Source: an uncultured virus (IMG/VR IMGVR_UViG_3300028833_000062) (Duplodnaviria; Heunggongvirae; Uroviricota; Caudoviricetes). From it: 64,000 bases of DNA. The stretch lies in IMG/VR virus record IMGVR_UViG_3300028833_000062; one strand, written 5' to 3'. Each line of letters begins with the position of its first letter. The stretch's first letter is position 1. The notes below the pieces were generated by a model. It was given only the letters and a program-made list of their open reading frames with translations. It ran no database searches and was not told the origin of the DNA. Positions 57,344 to 64,000 of this stretch are shown here, piece after piece. The translations under genes were made by a program, and so were the position numbers.

Positions 57344-59893
57344 TTATATTGTTGCTAAAATTGATTCAATATCACCTATCTTCGTTTCAATTTCTCCAAT
57401 AACTTGTTGAAGTGTATTCCCTGAAGATGGATTTGTTCCATCATATCCTCCAATATTATATGCGTATATATCTCCATTGGCCATTACTTCAAAAGCATTT
57501 TTTCTTTGTTCTGAAGAACCTATACCAATAGAATGCCTTGTTTTTTCAGAATCTGTTTCTCCAGTATGTGAAAAATTATATATTCCTTCGCCATGTTCAC
57601 CTGAATTTGTTACATATGTATAAATTCCTTCTGCATGTGCTCCAGAGGCAGAAGAATATGAATATGAATGATTTCCTTCAACATGTGCGGCAAAACCATT
57701 ATTTATACTATAAAACCCTTCAACATGTGAAGCGCCAGAATAAGTATATGTATACATACCTTCAGAATGAGAACCTGGTCCTCCTAAAACATATGTAGTC
57801 TCTCCTTCTGCATGAGAAGCTTTTGCACTTGCAGATATATATGTTAAACTTCCTTCTACATGTGAATCTTGACCATTTACAATTGTTCTAAATCCTTCTG
57901 CATGAGAAGCCATTCCAGATGCATATGTATTTTGTCCTTCAGCATGAGAATATATATTATTTGCATATGTAATATATCCTTCAGCATGGGAATACATACC
58001 ATTCGCATAAGTATTTTTACCTTCAGCATGTGAAAATCCATCTGTTGCATAAGTACCATATCCTTCAGCGAAAGATGCAATACCACTTGCTGTTGCACCA
58101 GTTCCTTTTTGCTGAATACTATATTTACCAGAACCTTTTTCAAAAACTGAGTCATTCTCTAAAGATTTTATAATATCCTGAACTGTTTTAGAAGGTTCAT
58201 CTTCGTCTGTTTTTAGATTATAGCCTTCATAATTACCAACACCATATAAATAAATATCACCATTCTGCATAATCTCAAAGGCGTTTTTATGATCATAAAT
58301 ATCATCAGTACCTATGCCAACTGAATGCTGAGTATTACCGTCGTCACCATAAAGAATGGATGCTTTATGCGACACGTTGTATTTTCCTTCAGCATGCTCA
58401 CTGTCATTATTAGTCTTAGTATGAAGGCCTTCAGCGTGAGAACCTGGTCCTGATGCTAGTGTATAATGACCTTCAGCGTGAGAACTTTCTCCACCTGCTA
58501 TTGTAGAATTACCTTCAGCATGAGTATTATATCCACCTGCTATTGTAGAATTACCTTCAGCATGTGAATTTAATCCTTTTGCAACAGCTCCTGTTCCCTT
58601 TTGTTGGACACTGTTTTCACCTATGCCTTTGTTCCACACAGAATCACTCTCTAATGATGTTATAATATCCTGAACTGTTTTAGAAGGTTTATCTTCGTCT
58701 GTTTTTAGATTATTGCCTTCATAATCACCAATACCATAAAGATAAATGTCGCCATTTTTCATAACTTCGAAGGCATTCTTACGGTCTGATTCAGATGTAC
58801 CTATACCAATTGAATGCCTAGTGTCTGTATTGGATTTATTATAAGTACCTTCGGCATGCTCACTGGCATTATTTGTCTCAGTATGAAACCCCTCTACATG
58901 GGACCTTTCTCCTTTAGCTTCACAAGAAGCTCCTTCAGCATGTGAATTAGCTCCAGATGCTTTAGTATTATAATTCTCAGAATGGGAATTAGTTCCGCTT
59001 GCTATAGTCTGATAACCTTCAGCATGAGAACGATTACCAAGGGCAAGATTATCTTTACCCTCAGCATGAGACGCAGCACCCTTTGCTAATATAAATTTAT
59101 TAGCATTCCAATCTTCAATAATGCCGTCATTTGATTTGGTAACAGTTTCATCAGAAACATTAGTTTGTGAATGACCCTCTGCATGAGAAATTTGACCTGA
59201 AGCCCTGGTATTTAGACCTTCCGCATGAGAATAAGGACCTTCAGCCAAAGTATGTTTTCCTTCAGCATGAGAACTATTACCTGATGATTGTGTACCATTA
59301 CCTTCAGCATGAGAATAATTTCCAGCATCAGTATTTGTTGAAATTGATGGTCTATCTCCAGCACCAGCAACAGTATTTATACCTTCAGCATGAGATGTAT
59401 TACCAGTAGTTAATGTTTTGCTTCCTTCAGCATGAGAGCCATAACCTTCGGCAATTGTTAAATTACCCTCAGCATGTGTCATACCGCCTTTTGCATATGT
59501 ATGACTTCCTTCAGCATGACTGTATTGCCCTTCAGCTGTACTTCTTGTTGGGTGTCCAGATACAATACTATTACCGCCACCTTCTGCATGACTATATCTA
59601 CCTATTGCATGTGCTGCCCCTTCAGAATGACTTGCATATCCTTCTGCTTTGGAAAAAAGTTTTTCTTCGCCAGAAGCAGGTTCGCCACCTTGAAGATTAT
59701 CACTACCTTCAGCAAAAGATGCAATACCGCTGGCTTCTACATCAGTTCCCTTTTGCTGAACAGAATTTGTACCAATACCTTTTTCAACAGGTACAGCAGT
59801 ATAATCTACATATTCACTTAAAATATTATCTGATAAGTATGAATTGTATTGATTTAAAGCGTTTACAACAAACTCTCTTACACTATTTGCCAT
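57344..59893 (-). CDS. long tail fibre with 14-aa SHAEG beta-roll repeats
   Basis: Many A.G..SHAEG..T repeats arranged in three modules, each ending HSIGIG..KNAFEVM.NGDIY. Confidence 0.8.
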   Translation of the reverse strand: MANSVREFVVNALNQYNSYLSDNILSEYVDYTAVPVEKGIGTNSVQQKGTDVEASGIASFAEGSDNLQGGEPASGEEKLFSKAEGYASHSEGAAHAIGRYSHAEGGGNSIVSGHPTRSTAEGQYSHAEGSHTYAKGGMTHAEGNLTIAEGYGSHAEGSKTLTTGNTSHAEGINTVAGAGDRPSISTNTDAGNYSHAEGNGTQSSGNSSHAEGKHTLAEGPYSHAEGLNTRASGQISHAEGHSQTNVSDETVTKSNDGIIEDWNANKFILAKGAASHAEGKDNLALGNRSHAEGYQTIASGTNSHSENYNTKASGANSHAEGASCEAKGERSHVEGFHTETNNASEHAEGTYNKSNTDTRHSIGIGTSESDRKNAFEVMKNGDIYLYGIGDYEGNNLKTDEDKPSKTVQDIITSLESDSVWNKGIGENSVQQKGTGAVAKGLNSHAEGNSTIAGGYNTHAEGNSTIAGGESSHAEGHYTLASGPGSHAEGLHTKTNNDSEHAEGKYNVSHKASILYGDDGNTQHSVGIGTDDIYDHKNAFEIMQNGDIYLYGVGNYEGYNLKTDEDEPSKTVQDIIKSLENDSVFEKGSGKYSIQQKGTGATASGIASFAEGYGTYATDGFSHAEGKNTYANGMYSHAEGYITYANNIYSHAEGQNTYASGMASHAEGFRTIVNGQDSHVEGSLTYISASAKASHAEGETTYVLGGPGSHSEGMYTYTYSGASHVEGFYSINNGFAAHVEGNHSYSYSSASGAHAEGIYTYVTNSGEHGEGIYNFSHTGETDSEKTRHSIGIGSSEQRKNAFEVMANGDIYAYNIGGYDGTNPSSGNTLQQVIGEIETKIGDIESILATI

Positions 59894-59915
59894 ATACTTT
59901 CTAATTAATCTATTA

Positions 59916-59955
59916 TATATAAAAATAAAAATCTCTCATTATAAATGAGAGATTT
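59916..59955 (-). promoter_or_regulatory. late-type promoter motif plus upstream terminator hairpin
   Basis: TATATAAAAATA at 59916-59927; AAATCTCTCATT..AATGAGAGATTT. Confidence 0.7.
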
Positions 59956-59978
59956 AATATTAAATAAAATTATTTCTA

Positions 59979-60806
59979 TTATAAGAATATGCTATTTAAT
60001 TCAGCAGTAGTTAATTCTGATAAATTACTTATATATGAATGAATATAACTAATAGATGTTGCTGTAACTTCTTCATCTTCAATTATTTTATCTACTAAAT
60101 ATGTATAAGTGCTTGCAATATAAGAAGCAACAGCTGAAGTTGATGGATAATATGTATTTGAAATATTGTTAGAATTACTTAAATCAGTTACTTTATTTGC
60201 AATATCTTCTTTAGCGGTCATATCAATATTTTCAAGAGCTGCAGAAGTGATATATCCATAAGAGTTGATAGCATTAATTCTATTATTAAGATCATTTAAT
60301 GATGCTGCAGTAACTTCTTCACTATCATCAATTATTTGATCAATATCAGATTTAGTATAATAATTGTTTGAATCAAAAATGTCTTTAATAGGTATTTTAA
60401 TATCACTCTTTCCAGAGACAGTATTAAAATCTATAAATAAATAAGAAGTTCCGTAAGTTTCTGCATCTGTTGAATTATAATTTTCAATAGATACAGAATC
60501 AACCATACCATCAATTATAAAACTAGAACAATCAATACTTGCTACTTGAGTACCACTTGCTCCACCATTTTTAAATATTATATTATGATTTACAGAATCA
60601 TAATTTGCATAATCAAAAAATGTTGAAAGCTTAGCTAAGTATGCATTAGTAAAGTCATTAGTTGAAAGACCTTTACCTTCTTCTTTTTCTACATAATTCT
60701 CTAATTGTGATTGTATAACACCAAGTTCAGCTTCAAGTTGAAGTTGATGATATTGTTTAAGTGCATTTACAACAAATTCTCTTACATTATTAAAAGTTTG
60801 TGGCAT
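59979..60806 (-). CDS. tail-fibre-associated protein
   Basis: KEEGKGLSTNDFT, IIDGMVDSV, EEVTAASLNDLN motifs typical of phage fibre proteins. Confidence 0.7.
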   Translation of the reverse strand: MPQTFNNVREFVVNALKQYHQLQLEAELGVIQSQLENYVEKEEGKGLSTNDFTNAYLAKLSTFFDYANYDSVNHNIIFKNGGASGTQVASIDCSSFIIDGMVDSVSIENYNSTDAETYGTSYLFIDFNTVSGKSDIKIPIKDIFDSNNYYTKSDIDQIIDDSEEVTAASLNDLNNRINAINSYGYITSAALENIDMTAKEDIANKVTDLSNSNNISNTYYPSTSAVASYIASTYTYLVDKIIEDEEVTATSISYIHSYISNLSELTTAELNSIFL

Positions 60807-60826
60807 ATATTATTTAATATTATTTT

Positions 60827-61015
60827 TTATTCATTATTTTTTATACTATTCAATTCATCATCGGTTAAAGAAGATAAATTATCTAATGTATCTTTTATAT
60901 TTTGTATATCTTTTTCAACACCATTAAGTTTATCTTGTATAATTTTTGTATACAAGTCATAATATTTTTTTAATGAACGTTTTGTAGTATCTTGTATAAG
61001 TTCTCTAGTATTCAT
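60827..61015 (-). CDS. small tail-fibre-associated coiled-coil protein
   Basis: C-terminal LTDDELNSI shared with neighbours. Confidence 0.6.
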   Translation of the reverse strand: MNTRELIQDTTKRSLKKYYDLYTKIIQDKLNGVEKDIQNIKDTLDNLSSLTDDELNSIKNNE

Positions 61016-61020
61016 AAAAA

Positions 61021-61275
61021 TTATTCTGTAGGCATTAATGCTAATATTTCTTCATCAGTAAGTTTTTCATATTCATCATTATTATAAAAAACACCATGAG
61101 TCCATATAAGATGTTCATCTTCTATAAAACATATATTTTCCCATAGAATATCTGGTTTACCAATCTGCTCGGATGAATCTCCTATAATATAACCAGCATT
61201 TAATTCACTAGTTGAAATTTTTAGTGTATCAAATTTATCTTTAGAATCTATATATTTTAATGGTTTATTAAACAT
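61021..61275 (-). CDS. small tail-fibre-associated protein
   Basis: ICFIED..LIWTHG motif; LTDEEI C-terminus. Confidence 0.6.
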   Translation of the reverse strand: MFNKPLKYIDSKDKFDTLKISTSELNAGYIIGDSSEQIGKPDILWENICFIEDEHLIWTHGVFYNNDEYEKLTDEEILALMPTE

Positions 61276-61296
61276 ATTTAAAACTTACACTTATTA

Positions 61297-61343
61297 TATA
61301 TAAAAATAAAACTATGAAAACTACTTTAGTTTATTTTTAAATA
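61297..61343. promoter_or_regulatory. divergent late-type promoters
   Basis: TATATAAAAATA at 61297-61308 (-); variant TATTTTTAAATA at 61332-61343 (+), 21 nt before ATG at 61365. Confidence 0.6.
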
Positions 61344-61364
61344 TATAAAAATATAATATATATT

Positions 61365-62402
61365 ATGCCAACAAATTCAAGTTTAAATAAAATATTTGTT
61401 TATGTTCCTTCTTCAGAAGTTGATGGATTTAAAATTGGCGCAGGTAAAACTAATGCTTATAAAGGTAAAATATCATTTCTTTCAGGTACTGGAGAAATCA
61501 TGACTAATGGAGAAATATTTGCAATGAATAGAGATGCAGATATTCAAGCTCTTCAAGATTTACTTGGTACAAATTCTAATACATTAGCAGCTGATTTAGG
61601 TTTTAATGCTGAAACAATAGTAGCAGCAATTAAATATGTATATGATCTTGTTAATACAAATACAGATGAAATTGAAGGAAGATTAGATATTATTCAAGGA
61701 ACTGGTGAAGGTTCTATTACAAAAGCTGTTAATGATGCTATATCTGCTCTTGTAAATAATGCTCCTGAAGCACTTGATACTCTTAAAGAAATTGCTGATT
61801 GGATCTCAAGAGATGGTGCTGATGCTACTAATCTTATTACAAGAATGGAAAAAATTGAAGCACAAGTTGAAGAAAATGAACAAGTTACAGCTGGAGCATT
61901 AATTGATTTACAGAATCAAATTGATGAAATAACCGGTGGTGATGGTTCAATTTCACAACAGATTAATGCTAAAGTTGAAACACTTGATTCATCAGTTACT
62001 CTTGGTGGAAGCACTATATCTCAACCACAAAATATAAATATTGATACAACAATTGATGTACTTGGTTCTGTAACAATTTCTGAAACTGATGGTAAAATAG
62101 ATGGAGAATCTGTTGGTAAATCTGCTAAAATAGTTCTTCAGGCTGATGCTGCTGGTGCTGCAAAGAAAGCGCATGATATTCTTTATGGTGATATTAATAC
62201 TGATACAACAGATTCAATGACAATTGTTGGTATTCGTTCTAGAGTTGATTTATTAAATCGTCGTGGTACACTTTCAGTAAGTACAGATCCTTTAAAGTCA
62301 GTTGAATTTGATAATTCTAATGATTCACATCTTGTAACTGGTGAAAATCTTAGAGATACTATAAATGCTATTCAAATGTGGGAAACATATACATCAGAAT
62401 AA
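61365..62402 (+). CDS. tail-fibre protein
   Basis: LVNNAPEALDTLKEIADWI fibre motif, GEGSI, ENEQVTAGAL. Confidence 0.75.
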   Translation: MPTNSSLNKIFVYVPSSEVDGFKIGAGKTNAYKGKISFLSGTGEIMTNGEIFAMNRDADIQALQDLLGTNSNTLAADLGFNAETIVAAIKYVYDLVNTNTDEIEGRLDIIQGTGEGSITKAVNDAISALVNNAPEALDTLKEIADWISRDGADATNLITRMEKIEAQVEENEQVTAGALIDLQNQIDEITGGDGSISQQINAKVETLDSSVTLGGSTISQPQNINIDTTIDVLGSVTISETDGKIDGESVGKSAKIVLQADAAGAAKKAHDILYGDINTDTTDSMTIVGIRSRVDLLNRRGTLSVSTDPLKSVEFDNSNDSHLVTGENLRDTINAIQMWETYTSE

Positions 62403-62418
62403 AAATATTAAATTTGAT

Positions 62419-62653
62419 TATGAGATATTTAAAGATATTTAATAGTAAAAAAGAAAGAGATCTTGCATTTATTAATGGAGATATAAATACTAATTCAATA
62501 ACAATTTGGGGTAAAGATGCTGTTGATAAAGGAGATGGTAAAATTGAATATGGTATAGGTAATGGTGCTCATCAATTAAATCTTGGTGTTGGTGATGTAA
62601 ATAATAATTATGATGATAATGATGAATCATATGATGATTCAAGTAATGATTAA
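62419..62653 (+). CDS. small hypothetical protein
   Basis: MRYLKIFNSKKER...; start approximate. Confidence 0.5.
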
Positions 62654-62666
62654 TAATTTAAAATTT

Positions 62667-62678
62667 TATTTTTATATA
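62667..62678 (+). promoter_or_regulatory. late-type promoter motif TATTTTTATATA
   Basis: Exact motif 19 nt before ATG at 62698. Confidence 0.7.
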
Positions 62679-62697
62679 TAATTTAATAAGTTAATTT

Positions 62698-63174
62698 ATG
62701 AAATCATTAAAAGATTATTACTTATTTGAAGATGAAGATCAATTTGTTTCTTTAAATTATAAAACAACAGAAGAAACAAATGATGCTGATGGTGTAGAAT
62801 TAGCTCCACCGATAAATCAATCATTGAATAAAGAAATTCAAACTGATCCTGAAGATATTCTTCCAGGAGGAATTGATGCTAAGATTGTTGGGGAATTAAG
62901 ACTTTACTCAGAAACATCACAAATATTTAATGAAAGAAAAAGAAAAATTGCACAATCATTTAAATCTCGTCTTAGTGAACCTGAAATAAATGCTAATAGA
63001 ATTAAATATACTAAAATATTTGAATATTATATTAATCATTTAATAACATATTATAAAAAGAATGTTGATGAGAATTTTAAAATCAATATTTCTTCTAAAG
63101 AAGAATTAAAGAGGCAAATTGCAGATGATTTTGTAATGTTAATAAAAAATATGGAGATTATTCCAAAAATATAA
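62698..63174 (+). CDS. late protein with capsid-targeting-like N-terminus
   Basis: MKSLKDYYLFE. Confidence 0.65.
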   Translation: MKSLKDYYLFEDEDQFVSLNYKTTEETNDADGVELAPPINQSLNKEIQTDPEDILPGGIDAKIVGELRLYSETSQIFNERKRKIAQSFKSRLSEPEINANRIKYTKIFEYYINHLITYYKKNVDENFKINISSKEELKRQIADDFVMLIKNMEIIPKI

Positions 63175-63236
63175 GGATTTAGATTTTTCTAAATCCTTTT
63201 TTATTGAATTATTTATATTTATTTCTATATTATAAT
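63173..63236 (+). promoter_or_regulatory. terminator followed by early-type promoter
   Basis: AAGGATTTAGA..TCTAAATCCTT plus T-run; TTGAAT(63204)-N15-CTATATTATAAT. Confidence 0.7.
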
Positions 63237-63252
63237 GTAAAATAATTGTAAT

Positions 63253-63612
63253 ATGAAAAAGTTAATTATAATCATTTGTTTACTTATCGGAACAATTACT
63301 TGTTATTCTCAGAATACAAGTCAAAATTATTCTAATGATCCTGAAGTACAGGAACTTTGTCAAGGTGTAGTTAAAGTTGTAGATAAAGTTATTACTAATG
63401 GAAAGAATGTAGTAAAAGAAGTTGTTTCAGAGGCAAAAGAATATAAGAAAGATATTGATGAATGTATGCCTCAAGAAACAAAGGATTGGTATAAAAATAA
63501 TTATAATAGCATTGTAAAGGCTAATAAAGAAGGGTACAAGCATTTTAAGAAATCTTGTCATGATGCTTTTCGTGCTGGTCTTAGAGGTGAAAAATATAAA
63601 ATAAACAAATAA
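63253..63612 (+). CDS. secreted/periplasmic protein
   Basis: Signal peptide MKKLIIIICLLIGTITCYS-Q (cleavage before Gln, Bacteroidota-like). Confidence 0.65.
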   Translation: MKKLIIIICLLIGTITCYSQNTSQNYSNDPEVQELCQGVVKVVDKVITNGKNVVKEVVSEAKEYKKDIDECMPQETKDWYKNNYNSIVKANKEGYKHFKKSCHDAFRAGLRGEKYKINK

Positions 63613-63626
63613 AATTATATAAAGTT

Positions 63627-63893
63627 ATGTTAGTATTTATTATATTTATTATTTTAATAATTGTTAGTGGTTTTATATCATTTCGTTCAGCAGAGATTCA
63701 TGAACTTCATAAGATGCGTGCAGCATTCAGTGATGTAAAAGAAAGAATTGAACATATAAAGAATGAATATGAAAAACACAAGAATGAAAATTATGATGAT
63801 TTTACTAATGGTGAAATTGAAGGAGAATTGAAAGAACTTAATGAAGTTATTGAAATCGTTGATGAAGAGATTGAAAAAGTAAAAATTATATAA
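63627..63893 (+). CDS. membrane-anchored coiled-coil protein
   Basis: N-terminal TM helix. Confidence 0.6.
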   Translation: MLVFIIFIILIIVSGFISFRSAEIHELHKMRAAFSDVKERIEHIKNEYEKHKNENYDDFTNGEIEGELKELNEVIEIVDEEIEKVKII

Positions 63894-64000
63894 AAATAAT
63901 TTTCAAGTAATATGTATTGTACATTAGTATAATAAATATGTTACATCTAAATAAAAAACATCTAAATAAAAATATAAGTGTTTCAGATCAGAATTTTGGA

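Noticed and set aside
57530..59730. CCTTCAGCATG repeats as CRISPR or a DGR template
   Set aside because: The 42-nt period encodes SHAEG beta-roll repeats; no reverse transcriptase or adenine-specific TR/VR pair is visible.
4340..59904. Numerous antisense or alternate-frame ORFs in the track (e.g. 4340, 11138, 12388, 26891, 39920, 59413)
   Set aside because: They are shadows of well-supported genes, with atypical composition and no promoter motifs.
1..64000. Alternative genetic code 15 (TAG=Gln) as in Lak megaphages
   Set aside because: Long late genes are uninterrupted in code 11. The paralogous PSWYHE genes end in TAG (20551) and TAA (47420) at the same position, and the TAG at 18784 sits inside a terminator, so TAG behaves as a stop.
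1..64000. tRNA, rRNA, integrase or transposase genes
   Set aside because: No cloverleaf or T-loop signature found by eye in the intergenic gaps and no recombinase motifs; tRNAscan-SE would be the decisive check.

Overview
This very AT-rich, densely coding window comes from a large lytic dsDNA phage. A jumbo/megaphage with a Bacteroidota host is inferred from the lack of Shine-Dalgarno motifs, the AT-rich TAATT/TAAT-ATG starts and a Gln-rule signal peptide; the code is standard code 11. Most genes are short + strand accessory genes behind a conserved TTGAAT-N15-CTATATT promoter. All seven - strand operons (internal-head-like, glycosylation and tail-fibre genes) carry the exact motif TATTTTTATATA 18-22 nt before the first ATG. 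Recognisable genes: ThyX, two RNA ligases, NUDIX, GNAT, PIN, HNH, a CofE-like ligase, Stealth/GT2 glycosylation genes, a divergent UDP-galactopyranose mutase, a gp32-like SSB, a DUF1848 protein, a DHH phosphoesterase with a degenerate paralog, and tail-fibre genes. Best candidates for new biology: (1) an NAD+ rebuilding cluster (PncA, PRS/Adps-like, NAMPT/Namat-like with the nicotinamide-specificity Asp replaced by Ala, NadE) that suggests a deamidated variant of the NARP anti-defence pathway; (2) two paralogous arrays of unrelated cargo proteins that all begin MxxxxxYIxE-KLHL, resembling the T4 capsid-targeting sequence; (3) a four-gene family sharing an N-terminal FET(N/S)SS motif. All assignments come from motif recognition by eye; no database searches were run.
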